From an uncultured Polynucleobacter sp. (GTDB lineage Bacteria > Bdellovibrionota_B > Oligoflexia > Oligoflexales > RGVZ01), in the NCBI GenBank assembly GCA_964402975.1, contig CAYOEM010000001.1:365899-429898 (forward strand): a DNA stretch of 64,000 bases, written 5' to 3'. This document shows, one piece after another, positions 46,325-55,850 of this stretch. Every line of letters starts with the position of its first letter. Within the stretch, counting starts at the first letter, position 1. A program made the translations under genes and the position numbers. Under the pieces are notes generated by a model. The model had not been told where the DNA came from, searched no databases, and saw only the letters and a program-made list of their open reading frames with translations.

Positions 46325-47305
46325 ATGTCCGCAGAGCTTCCCAAAAAACAGTCATTTCATCCAAGCGCGGAATTCTCGCTTTGCCGCTTTCCTGTCGACA
46401 GCATACTCGATAATTCGGTGACCGATTTTGATTTGTTCGCCGAGGTTAATTCGCATGTGGTTTTGTACAGCCAAAGCGGCTATCGGTGGGCCCGAGACGA
46501 ACTATCGGGACTGATCGGCAACGGCCATACTCATCTATGGATCAGACCAGAGGACCGCCCCAAAGCGGCTGTTTATGAAAAAATGGCCGCACTTCCAAAA
46601 ATTTCGGCAACCCTGAGCCCTGAAGAACGCCTCGGCAGAGTCCAAGACGTTGGTCTCGTATTCACTAAATATCTTTTCGAGGGTGACATCACAGAGTCGG
46701 CTGTCGGAAAAGCCCGGGAACTATCGGCTCACATCGTTTCATGCGTCCAAGAAGATCCCGGCTGCGTACGCGCTCTCACCGGATTAGCCGATCATGATCT
46801 CTACACCTACCTGCACAGCGTAAGGGTCGCCGCCTACGCGACAGCGATCGCTCAGGAAATGGGTCTAAAAGACGCGGAAATCCTGAAGCTTATTGCCCTA
46901 GGCGGCGTGTTCCATGATGTCGGCAAGTCAAATGTGGATATGGACATTATTAACAAACGCGGACCTCTGCTTGACCATGAGTGGAAGGCCATGCGCTCCC
47001 ATCCAACAGAAGGTCTTAAAAAGTTGGAGCACACCAACCTAAGTCACGTGAGCAAGGAGATCGTCGTCCATCACCATGAACGCCTGAATGGGAGTGGTTA
47101 CCCACATGGCATTAATAAAGACTCACTGATGGTTGAAGTTCAGATTGCAACGCTTGCTGACATATTTGACGCTCTCACATCATCTAGGAGCTACCAAAAT
47201 AAGCGGTCTCGATACGAGGCCTTGGATTTTATAAAACACCGACTCGTGGGTTCAGAAGTTTCCAGCGAGGCCTTTCAGGCCTTGGTTAGGTGCCTCGTAA
47301 AATAA
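46325..47305 (+). CDS. HD-GYP domain c-di-GMP phosphodiesterase
   Basis: HDVGK and HHERLNGSGYP motifs. N-terminal ~140-aa uncharacterised sensor region. Confidence 0.9.
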   Translation: MSAELPKKQSFHPSAEFSLCRFPVDSILDNSVTDFDLFAEVNSHVVLYSQSGYRWARDELSGLIGNGHTHLWIRPEDRPKAAVYEKMAALPKISATLSPEERLGRVQDVGLVFTKYLFEGDITESAVGKARELSAHIVSCVQEDPGCVRALTGLADHDLYTYLHSVRVAAYATAIAQEMGLKDAEILKLIALGGVFHDVGKSNVDMDIINKRGPLLDHEWKAMRSHPTEGLKKLEHTNLSHVSKEIVVHHHERLNGSGYPHGINKDSLMVEVQIATLADIFDALTSSRSYQNKRSRYEALDFIKHRLVGSEVSSEAFQALVRCLVK

Positions 47306-47372
47306 GCCCTGACGACCCAAAGCAACTTTGATAAAATCGCTCATCGAAAATCCTTAACGGTGAGCTCCAAAC

Positions 47373-48380
47373 GTGACCCATCTACCTCGCGTTATAATTC
47401 TGCTTGGAATGCTTGGCTTAAATAGCCCCGTCATGGGTGATGATGCTCTTTTAACTGGCCAGTGTGCGCTGAAGAGCGACCCAGAGCAAACAACGCCGGG
47501 ATTTTTGAATATCTGCCTCAATGCGTCTGCAGGCTCGTGGATCATTCAACAGTCAAAAGTGAATGATTCAAAGCAGCCGCCTATTATGCATCGAGCGGAT
47601 GGCAGGCTATCCATTCTTCTGTCCCCCTGGATAAGTATTCACACCAAAGGACACTCAAGCGTATTCGTTGATAGACAGACGCAAAGGACTATCAACAAGG
47701 AGAATCAGGGAGATCTGTCGAACTTACAGATCGGAAATAGCGCCCTGAGTCGCCATCGGCTTAGCGCTGGTCTCGGCCGTGTTCCCTACCGTCTAGACCA
47801 CAATCAGCGTCCTGGGTTGGAGTATGCTTGGAGTATCGACCGATTCCTTGCGCCCAAGTCTAGGTTTGCAACCTACACGTATGACAACCAGCTGGATTGG
47901 ACCTTGCAGGCCACCTATGGACAGCTAACTGATGAATCCTTGCGGCCGGATCAAAAAATGTTTGTTGGCGGTCGCGCCATGCACGACATCGCCGCCCTTG
48001 AGGGAACAAGAATAAGCCTTGGTGGCTACAACGACGGACTGGTGCGCCGAGCTGTGGCTCTCGGCATTCTTAACGTCAACGGTAAGGGTGATGAGACCTC
48101 TTTGGAATTCACCCGGACGTTTTCTTTCAATCCATATAAACCATCTGAATTCAATCAACTCATAAGGCTTGGCTACATCAGCCATCTACAGGAAAAATTT
48201 AGATATAAATTTCAGTATGACGATATTTTCAGTCAAGTACGCATCGGTGGAATGGCGGCATTATACACCCCCTACAAATACACCCACCTTGAGTTCATGC
48301 TGGGCTACGCGAAGCGAGAGGATAATAAAAAATTGAGCCATTGGTTCGCTGCACTAAACGCGGGAGCGCATCTCGAGTGA
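47373..48380 (+). CDS. Secreted beta-rich protein, possible outer-membrane beta-barrel, unknown function
   Basis: GTG start and signal peptide (VIILLGMLGLNSPVMG). The C-terminal two thirds show alternating-hydrophobicity strands (LEFTRTFSFNPY, FRYKFQYDDIF, HLEFMLGYAK). No terminal aromatic residue. Confidence 0.55.
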   Translation: MTHLPRVIILLGMLGLNSPVMGDDALLTGQCALKSDPEQTTPGFLNICLNASAGSWIIQQSKVNDSKQPPIMHRADGRLSILLSPWISIHTKGHSSVFVDRQTQRTINKENQGDLSNLQIGNSALSRHRLSAGLGRVPYRLDHNQRPGLEYAWSIDRFLAPKSRFATYTYDNQLDWTLQATYGQLTDESLRPDQKMFVGGRAMHDIAALEGTRISLGGYNDGLVRRAVALGILNVNGKGDETSLEFTRTFSFNPYKPSEFNQLIRLGYISHLQEKFRYKFQYDDIFSQVRIGGMAALYTPYKYTHLEFMLGYAKREDNKKLSHWFAALNAGAHLE

Positions 48381-51181
48381 AATCCCACAGACAAAAAACA
48401 CACTTAAGCCTGGTAATAGCATTTTTATCATGCATGCTTTCGATAGAAGCTGTGGCGGCACCAAAAAAACCAAAGCGCTCAAAAGGCAAGACATCACAAA
48501 CATCGCCACAGGCGCACCCACAGTCTGACAAAAGCAAACCAGCACGTGCCGAACAAACAAGCACCGTGATTGAGGTCAGCGACACGACTTCTGACGAGGT
48601 GGAACAAGTATCCAATCGCCCCATCGACCGTCTTTTTAGAAATCCAGTTCTTGCCGCTGGTTTAATAAGCGGCGCAGACGCCATCAACAAAGAGCTGGAT
48701 AACCTTATGGAGTCACTGTTCTATAGCTTACTAGACAACCGTCTTAAATGGCCATTAGCCGGGCCAACATCGACAAACTTAGCCTTGACGAGAGACCTCT
48801 ACAACGCACGAGATGGGGCCTACGTCGTTATCGATCGATTTGGAATCGGACCTGATTATAATCGCGAGCTTTACCGCTATAACGGCATCCCGGTTAATCT
48901 CGGCGCCAGTCAATCAAGCGACGTCTACGATATTTATCTACGCACAGATCCGATGCGTGTGACCGAGAACAAAAGCCTACCGTTTTGGAGAGTGGCTCTA
49001 AATAACTGGCTCGGCGCCCTACCCTTACTCGAAGCCATTTTGCCGCCGTCGTTTAACCCCAATGAAATGTACGACCCCATCAACCTCATTGAGACGCCCT
49101 TTACATTCCCCTTGTCGGTAGATTCCGCCAAAGCGATGGATATCGGTAGTATCAAAAGCTACTCCATTAACGGCGGCATAAATCTCGGAGTCGAAGCCGC
49201 CCAAGGAATACATGGGTTTAAAGATCAGGTCATGACTGGAGCCACTGCACTACAGATAAAACTGCCTTACACTGTTTTTAGAACGGGAGAATACCGCATC
49301 AATGTACTCAAAAAAGACACCAACACCGTATTAGTCGGCGTCATGGACTCAAACAGGCTGGGGCACCGCGTGGAAACGAAGCTAGGTAAAACCTACTTTC
49401 TACTCGCAAAAACCATTCCTCTCTGGCGCGGAATGCCTGCGCCTATATTCCCGATTGATTTTGCAATTGAGGAAACGATCGGAAATATCTTTGGCCGTGT
49501 TTACTCGTTCGACCTACGAAATGAGGAGGCCAAGACGGCATTTGTGGAGGCTGTCCATGGAAATTTTGCCGCAGCACAAATCTCATGGCTACGTTCAAAG
49601 GAAGACAGGCACGACACTGGCGTCACGTTTTTTTATACAAAAAAGGAGCAGCGCTTTGAAACGTCTGTCGCCACAGGTCACAACATTTATCTTACAAGCC
49701 GGAGAACAAACCGCAGTCACTCAGATGCCGAAATTGAAATTAATGATGCATCGGGTAATTACTACATTCTCGAAGCGAAAGAGGACGCCGATCAGCGACG
49801 ATGGGACATGCTAACTGGCCGCGCCGAAACAAACATCACACTTCAGGCGGACCTTATGGTTCGCAAGGTCGTTGAAAAAGAACTCGGGCAAGACACGATA
49901 AAATCTCGATATGAATTTATTGCCGAGGGAAATCCCGTCGAATTAACCTTCAGTCTTTCTCTAAATGATAAATTCGTCGAGACAGAGGATCTTGCCGCAT
50001 ATTTAAAAACTCTATCTAAGTTTACTCAGCTAGAGATGAATGGGCTGCCTGAATTCACAACGCGAGAAGAGGAGCAACTATCCAGAAGACGCCGCGAAAT
50101 ATATTTTAATAATGACTCTGATGATAATCATCGCTTGCATGTAACCCCGACTCACCTTGGACAGTTTGAAGGGTACGCAAGTATCCGAATGACAAACGAT
50201 CAATTACTTTCGGTGGCCAACTTGCCACGGACCGAACTGTGGAAGATGTTTTGTAAATCTTTTTCAATCAATGACGAAGAACTATGCCTCACATGGGAAA
50301 GATCTCTACTTTGGCGAAATCTCTACAGATTGAACGGCTTGCTAACACGACCGCTTCGTCTAATAGACTACAGAATCCGATTTGCAGATGCCGCCGATGA
50401 GATCGAGAACGCTGTTGCGGCGCTGCGTGAGTTCGCAGCAACCCAAACTCCGACGGAAAAACAGGCTGCATTGCGTCGTCTATTTTCAACCGAATACCCG
50501 CTCGAGATTGTAGAAGCATTACTGCTGCTTTCAGAACTCCGGGATATCCCTCGGTCCTGTGAAATTCAAACCAAACCAAAAGGAAACGCCTCAAGAGAGG
50601 TGAAAGACAGGTTCAAGTTGATGGATGGGCATCGTTTTACAAGCGAACGTGCATTTCCACCTCCAGCTCGCTATGACTCCACAAAGGAAACGGAAAGAAA
50701 ATTTGACCCTGCAAACCTGGCATTTACGGGCACGAAGCCACGGGTCAAGAAAATTACGTTATTTAAAGAACAAGGGGCCAGTGTGCCTGGTGACGTCACC
50801 CCCAAAAAGTCACCCGCCGCTGCTCCAATGCTTTCAACTAAAATATCGGTCTCTAAAATCAGCGGAAAGAGCCATTTGTCTGTCTATGTAAAGTTAGAGC
50901 AAGCCGGTCGCTTACAACTAGCTAAATTAAAATTAATCGAAGACGTCATCGACGTGCCAGTAGCTGCCGAAAGCTCCTCCGCTGCGGCATTGGACCGGGC
51001 TAACTTTGTTATTAAGCTATCTGGGCCAGGCAGCCTCCTAGCCAACGTGATGTCAGAAGAGTCACTTACTAGCGGCGGTGAGTTTCGACTAACTCTAGCC
51101 ATTTCAGCCAACGGCCTCATCTGGAGTGACGAAAAAAGCTTGGAATTTCGGATAGAAGGCGGTGAGTTGAAAGCGCGCTAA
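48377..51181 (+). CDS. Large (934 aa) secreted orphan protein
   Basis: The GTG at 48377 overlaps the upstream stop (GTGA). Signal peptide LSLVIAFLSCMLSIEAVAA, then a K/P/S/Q-rich disordered stretch. No HExxH, GxSxG, Cys-protease or nucleotide-binding motif found by eye. Confidence 0.65.
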   Translation: MKSHRQKTHLSLVIAFLSCMLSIEAVAAPKKPKRSKGKTSQTSPQAHPQSDKSKPARAEQTSTVIEVSDTTSDEVEQVSNRPIDRLFRNPVLAAGLISGADAINKELDNLMESLFYSLLDNRLKWPLAGPTSTNLALTRDLYNARDGAYVVIDRFGIGPDYNRELYRYNGIPVNLGASQSSDVYDIYLRTDPMRVTENKSLPFWRVALNNWLGALPLLEAILPPSFNPNEMYDPINLIETPFTFPLSVDSAKAMDIGSIKSYSINGGINLGVEAAQGIHGFKDQVMTGATALQIKLPYTVFRTGEYRINVLKKDTNTVLVGVMDSNRLGHRVETKLGKTYFLLAKTIPLWRGMPAPIFPIDFAIEETIGNIFGRVYSFDLRNEEAKTAFVEAVHGNFAAAQISWLRSKEDRHDTGVTFFYTKKEQRFETSVATGHNIYLTSRRTNRSHSDAEIEINDASGNYYILEAKEDADQRRWDMLTGRAETNITLQADLMVRKVVEKELGQDTIKSRYEFIAEGNPVELTFSLSLNDKFVETEDLAAYLKTLSKFTQLEMNGLPEFTTREEEQLSRRRREIYFNNDSDDNHRLHVTPTHLGQFEGYASIRMTNDQLLSVANLPRTELWKMFCKSFSINDEELCLTWERSLLWRNLYRLNGLLTRPLRLIDYRIRFADAADEIENAVAALREFAATQTPTEKQAALRRLFSTEYPLEIVEALLLLSELRDIPRSCEIQTKPKGNASREVKDRFKLMDGHRFTSERAFPPPARYDSTKETERKFDPANLAFTGTKPRVKKITLFKEQGASVPGDVTPKKSPAAAPMLSTKISVSKISGKSHLSVYVKLEQAGRLQLAKLKLIEDVIDVPVAAESSSAAALDRANFVIKLSGPGSLLANVMSEESLTSGGEFRLTLAISANGLIWSDEKSLEFRIEGGELKAR

Positions 51182-51265
51182 AGCGCTAGACCCGCCCGGC
51201 TGATGTGGCAAAAAAACATTGACTCCTAGGCACAAGCATGTAATTTACGATGCTTCTCGCGCTGC

Positions 51266-51342
51266 GGTGGCTGTGGCGAAGTGGTTAACGCAGCGGATTG
51301 TGATTCCGCCATCCGTGGGTTCAAGTCCCATCAGCCACCCCA
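51266..51342 (+). tRNA. tRNA-His (anticodon GTG)
   Basis: GGTGGCTGTGGCGAAGTGGTTAACGCAGCGGATTGTGATTCCGCCATCCGTGGGTTCAAGTCCCATCAGCCACCCCA. It has the extra G(-1) paired with C73 that is characteristic of tRNA-His, the anticodon loop TTGTGAT, and an encoded CCA. Confidence 0.9.
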
Positions 51343-51400
51343 TTTTCATCCGTGCTTCATTTCCAGCAAAAGTTTTAATAAAAATTCGAAGTGTTACGAT

Positions 51401-53596
51401 TTAATGGGCCAATGTATCGTGAGCTTGATACACCACATGGCGCCCATCTTTTCGGACAGTAATCTGCTTGTCGTCGGCCATACGTTTCAGCAGACGCTTC
51501 ACTGTGGCAAGGGATACACTTGTTTTCTCTGCTAGTTGCTGACTCGATAGGGGACTTCGCGAGAGCAGATGCTGTATGCGTCGATCAACCGAGGGATCAT
51601 CGGACACATCTTTGATAACCGTGATGGCTTCGCCGAAAAAGCGCAGCCTCTCGTTATGGATCACGATCGGCGCGATCGTGTAGGGACACAGGTCCCTAAC
51701 CCTCATCACGGCATTCCGAATTTTCTGCTGCCAGCCCTGAGCATTCACGCTTTCCTTCCATACATTTGCCTGGATCTCTGCCAAGGAAACGCCGCCAGCA
51801 GGTGCAGCTACCAAGTATTGAATCAGGTCAGCCATCGCAGGGTGCTTTTCCAGATTGACGATGTAATGCTCAGAAACGACCAAACACTTACCGCCTGAAA
51901 ACTTCAATGTCGGAGCAAAATAACTCCTAACGAACCTGGCAACCAACTTCTGTTGCCAATCATACTGAAAACGAGGGCTCTCGCCGCGGAGAGTGGCTAA
52001 GCAAGCATGGGCAGCGAATCGATCAGGCCAACTTACCGCGGCCATCTTTTCAGTCGCATGCAGCAGCTTAAATGCTCTGTCAAAATCACCCCTTTGGTAA
52101 GCGATGCCCGCGTAGATGAATTGCAACTTGGCGCCGATAGGCGTGTCGCCTAGGCGAGACACAGCAATTTCTAGCGACGAAAGACGCTGCTGAACTTTAT
52201 CTAAGTCATGCCTTTGAAGGTGTTGTGAGATTATCGCCAACAAAATGTAGGCCTGATGATTAAGGGCGTCTAAACTGCGAGCCATTTTAAGACAATCTTC
52301 AAGCTCCGATAGCACATCATCAGATGTCTCATGAGAACTCGATAGTAGTACTCGAGAGTATTTATACTCCAGCCACTGCGTCTGATTTTTCTGAAGTGAT
52401 TCATCAACCTTGAATCGCTCCAATAAGACCTCACCCATCGCTGCTAACTGAATTTGATACCGGCTTAATGTTGAAAGCTCCTCGAGATTGCGGACACCAT
52501 GAAGTGCAAGCTGATGAGCTGCAGATTGAAGCACCTGCATACTTTCGGGTATTTTGCCCTCTTCCCAGAGGATCTCAGCTTCCAGGGCTTGATACCTGGT
52601 CTTAAACCTTTCGCTAGCGTCAAGAGCTGCTAATTCAATCGTTTGTCTGCCAAATTTAATACCAAGAGCGTACTTACCCATGGCGAAATAAGTAAAACTA
52701 AGAAACGACATAATGTGAAGCCTTCGAAACGACTTATCGCTGGCTGGCAATACCGTCATGGCCCGCCGGAAGTGCTCGCGCGCCCCAATAAAGTTACCTT
52801 TGCTAAATGCCTCAACGCCGTAGAAGGCCTCACAGTGTGAGCGTGGTCCCGGCAAGTTATGCTCCACACTAAGTTTGCGCGCTCGCTCGACAAGCGCCGT
52901 GGCATCCTCTGTCTTCTCGGCGCCGCTGTTTTGAATACAGGCGCCCGCGTTGAAAAGTGCCCTCGCCGCACCCTCCCAATCTTGCAACTCAAGCAAAATC
53001 GGAGCTGCCTCCTCGAACGCTGCTGCCGCCTCTGGATAACGACCCATAAAATATTGTAACCGGCCCATACGCATCACAAAATCTGCTCTCTCCCGATGCG
53101 ACATTTGAGCAGAGCGAACAAGAATCACCACTTTTGAGAGAACACGAACGGCATGTTCGGTTTTACCTTCTTCTGCAAAACTAGAGGCCACCAAGAGCTC
53201 AAGGTTGATTCGATCAAGATCACTGATCGAGGAAAGACGGAGAGATCGCTGCGCATAATCGCGACTAATCCCAGGCTTTCCAGCTTCAAGGAAAATCTGA
53301 GCGGCCGGAATGCTGACTACAGGGACTGTCAATTTTTTAGAAAATTCGGCTATGCTCACACCTGCTTCGATGTTCCAGCACGACGTGGCGCCAACCAACA
53401 AAGCACCCCACAGCCTAGGGTCATAATTTAATGACTGCGGATCACTCTCAAGTTTACGAAAAATGTCTCCAATCAGCTTTGGGCTGGCGTGAGACGAGAG
53501 CACGTCAAAATATTTGGCAAAATAATCATCCCAATGCCTTTTCGTATGGCAGTCTTTGAGAGACTTTAATGCTTGGTCCAAACGTTCTGACATCAT
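51401..53596 (-). CDS. TPR-rich putative transcriptional regulator with two C-terminal winged-helix DNA-binding modules
   Basis: About 550 aa of helical TPR-like repeats (for example YFMGRYPEAAAAFEEA and YQRGDFDRAFKLL). These are followed by an OmpR/BTAD-like segment (VSLAEIQANVWKES...IRNAVMRVRDL) and a terminal HTH (LSSQQLAEKTSVSLATVKRLLKRM). Confidence 0.7.
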   Translation of the reverse strand: MMSERLDQALKSLKDCHTKRHWDDYFAKYFDVLSSHASPKLIGDIFRKLESDPQSLNYDPRLWGALLVGATSCWNIEAGVSIAEFSKKLTVPVVSIPAAQIFLEAGKPGISRDYAQRSLRLSSISDLDRINLELLVASSFAEEGKTEHAVRVLSKVVILVRSAQMSHRERADFVMRMGRLQYFMGRYPEAAAAFEEAAPILLELQDWEGAARALFNAGACIQNSGAEKTEDATALVERARKLSVEHNLPGPRSHCEAFYGVEAFSKGNFIGAREHFRRAMTVLPASDKSFRRLHIMSFLSFTYFAMGKYALGIKFGRQTIELAALDASERFKTRYQALEAEILWEEGKIPESMQVLQSAAHQLALHGVRNLEELSTLSRYQIQLAAMGEVLLERFKVDESLQKNQTQWLEYKYSRVLLSSSHETSDDVLSELEDCLKMARSLDALNHQAYILLAIISQHLQRHDLDKVQQRLSSLEIAVSRLGDTPIGAKLQFIYAGIAYQRGDFDRAFKLLHATEKMAAVSWPDRFAAHACLATLRGESPRFQYDWQQKLVARFVRSYFAPTLKFSGGKCLVVSEHYIVNLEKHPAMADLIQYLVAAPAGGVSLAEIQANVWKESVNAQGWQQKIRNAVMRVRDLCPYTIAPIVIHNERLRFFGEAITVIKDVSDDPSVDRRIQHLLSRSPLSSQQLAEKTSVSLATVKRLLKRMADDKQITVRKDGRHVVYQAHDTLAH

Positions 53597-53816
53597 TAAA
53601 ACTTATTAATCCCCCCAGGAAATATTGGAGTTTATATACCCAGGCGCACCAGATTGTGAATCAAAAATAATCACCCACCGCCCAAAAAGATGAGACCCGA
53701 GGGGCCAAAACCCCAAAGGAGCCAATCTGCTTGCTTTACGCGCAAAATAAGGGCTATAACCTTGGGCATTAGTTTCCGGTTAACTTTACGTGAAGTCAGG
53801 ATAAAGGATCTGTCCT

Positions 53817-55832
53817 ATGATGAGCGTCGTTCGTTCTCTACTCAACCTCGTTGAACGCCCGCGCCGCGGCACACTGAAGGCCATTGGCGTCTGTATAATT
53901 TCGGCTGGTATTTACACAACGGCAGTGCAGGCTTTTGATGGACCACAGCGCCTGACAAGCTCCGTTATGTGGCAAACAAGTGAAAAGCCGGATGAGCGGT
54001 TTGTCTATCCTCCCGGAGTGCCCGCCGTTCTTCGTCCATCAACAAAAGAGCGAACATTGCGGGTCGAACAGTACTTTTCGCACCCCATCTCAGCCACAAG
54101 TATCGCAGTAGACCTTCACGGCACTTGGCCGGAAATACCCGAAAATGCCCTGACAGCGGAAGCCCATGGCGGCTGGAGTGGTCGCTTTGTTCGCATCTCG
54201 GCGCCGGCGTGTGATGAAACCAAAACTCTTGGTGGATTTCGATGTTTCATGGACGTCAAGATATCTCCGTCGACTCCGTCTGGCACAATCGGTCTTAGTA
54301 CTCGGCTGAACATTTTCGGACGAAACTACGGTCATCAAAATGGCGTGTTCTGGATCATCCTGCCAGAGATGTCCGCACCTCATTTCGAGAGACCATTCGC
54401 AAAGAATACGGTACCAGCATCTGTCAAAACATCTGTGAACCTCACCGAAGATTCACCCTACCCGGCCCTCTCTGTTTTCAATCGTGAGAGAGCCAAGCGA
54501 GCCACTGTGCAGATAACGCTCGAGGGGAACTTTTCTCTTGGGTCAGGTTTCCTTGTTTCTAATGCCGAGACGATTTTTCCGGTTTTTGGATCTGAGATGT
54601 CCGAAAAACTCCGCGCGCTACCCACGAACACACGTTTTGTAGTGACGGCAGCCCATCTCTTTCCGCTCGGCTACGGTTTTGCTCCTCGAGGTCAAATTCA
54701 AAACATATTGGACAACGCCGAAAGCTTATTCGACGACGGAGAGACCTATGATCTTCTGATCTCCGGTAAGCTCTATGAACGTGCAGGTCGACTTCTCGTG
54801 ACGAACATGGAAAGTGATATCGCGCTCCTGGCATTATCACCTGAGGCTGAGGCGCAAGTGCTAGCTAGCGGCACCATGTCAGAAGTTGATTTGCTGGGAT
54901 TAAATATCGCCAGGAATATGAACAATAACGTGGCTCTTGATGTATTTGGCTACCCCGTTTCAGGAAAAGGCCTCATCACGCATCGTCGCGGCTATCTAGC
55001 GCCAAACGCCTGGCCGACAGACGACACGTCTAACTTCGGACCACTGATCAAATTCAAGCTCCAAGCTATCGATACCGCTGTTAACCTGGCTGAGGCAGGC
55101 CTGTCTGGCGGTCCGATCATTAACCTCAACGGTGAAGTCGTTGGACTTTCCATGGAGCGCCCAAATGATACGAACTCTCTCGTCGCCGTCGACCTAACGA
55201 GTTTGGCCAACCTGCCTACAGACTGGCAGGGCGACGACTCTGAGTGCAAGGTTGTGTTTAACCCGTTTGACCGCGTCTTACGCATATTTAAAAACGGTGA
55301 CTCTTGTTCCTACGGGCGCTTTGGTAGTCCACAACGATTTGCATCTCTGTCGGGCGAATGGTCGTTTCAAGAAGTGTTCGGGTTTGCAGACGAAAATGGC
55401 GATATAACTCCTGACGTGGCGAACGCCTACTGGCTGATGAATGGTCATGCCATCATCAATGGCCATGCCATTATTAATGGGCATGCGATCATCAATGGTC
55501 ACGCCATTATTCGGGGAACTAAGCTCGTAGTTGATCGAAATAATATCGATCTCATCAACAACTCAGAGATGATCGGTGGCTTTAAACTCAACCCTGATAG
55601 CTTTAGACCCATGGTGAGCAAGGGAGTCCGCATCTTGAAGGCTGGATCGAACTTCGTTCAAACGGAAGACTTTCTAGGAAAACTCATTCTCGGAACAAGA
55701 CCTAATTCCGATAAAGCACACTATCAGCCCGTATACTCGATCAGAGACTTTGTAATCTGGTGGCACAAGGTTGCCGACAGCGCCGATGCTTCGAAGCTAC
55801 TCTGCTACAGCGGCGAAAACTGCGGCAAGTGA
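53817..55832 (+). CDS. Secreted trypsin-fold (S1 family) serine protease with large N- and C-terminal extensions
   Basis: Signal peptide. Catalytic-triad contexts are VVTAAHLF (His), ESDIALLAL (Asp) and AGLSGGPIIN (Ser). The C-terminal region contains (NGHAII)x4. Confidence 0.75.
   Translation: MMSVVRSLLNLVERPRRGTLKAIGVCIISAGIYTTAVQAFDGPQRLTSSVMWQTSEKPDERFVYPPGVPAVLRPSTKERTLRVEQYFSHPISATSIAVDLHGTWPEIPENALTAEAHGGWSGRFVRISAPACDETKTLGGFRCFMDVKISPSTPSGTIGLSTRLNIFGRNYGHQNGVFWIILPEMSAPHFERPFAKNTVPASVKTSVNLTEDSPYPALSVFNRERAKRATVQITLEGNFSLGSGFLVSNAETIFPVFGSEMSEKLRALPTNTRFVVTAAHLFPLGYGFAPRGQIQNILDNAESLFDDGETYDLLISGKLYERAGRLLVTNMESDIALLALSPEAEAQVLASGTMSEVDLLGLNIARNMNNNVALDVFGYPVSGKGLITHRRGYLAPNAWPTDDTSNFGPLIKFKLQAIDTAVNLAEAGLSGGPIINLNGEVVGLSMERPNDTNSLVAVDLTSLANLPTDWQGDDSECKVVFNPFDRVLRIFKNGDSCSYGRFGSPQRFASLSGEWSFQEVFGFADENGDITPDVANAYWLMNGHAIINGHAIINGHAIINGHAIIRGTKLVVDRNNIDLINNSEMIGGFKLNPDSFRPMVSKGVRILKAGSNFVQTEDFLGKLILGTRPNSDKAHYQPVYSIRDFVIWWHKVADSADASKLLCYSGENCGK
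55440..55511 (+). repeat. In-frame tandem repeat, 18 bp x 4, encoding (NGHAII)4
   Basis: The four copies are aatggtcatgccatcatc / aatggccatgccattatt / aatgggcatgcgatcatc / aatggtcacgccattatt. All differences between copies are synonymous third-position changes. Confidence 0.9.
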
Positions 55833-55850
55833 TTCGATAGGACGAAAAAA

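Noticed and set aside
55440-55511. Short tandem repeats considered as a CRISPR-like or minisatellite array
   Set aside because: The repeats are contiguous with no spacers, in-frame within a CDS and only 18 bp long. They are reported as a coding repeat instead. No CRISPR array or cas genes occur anywhere in the window.
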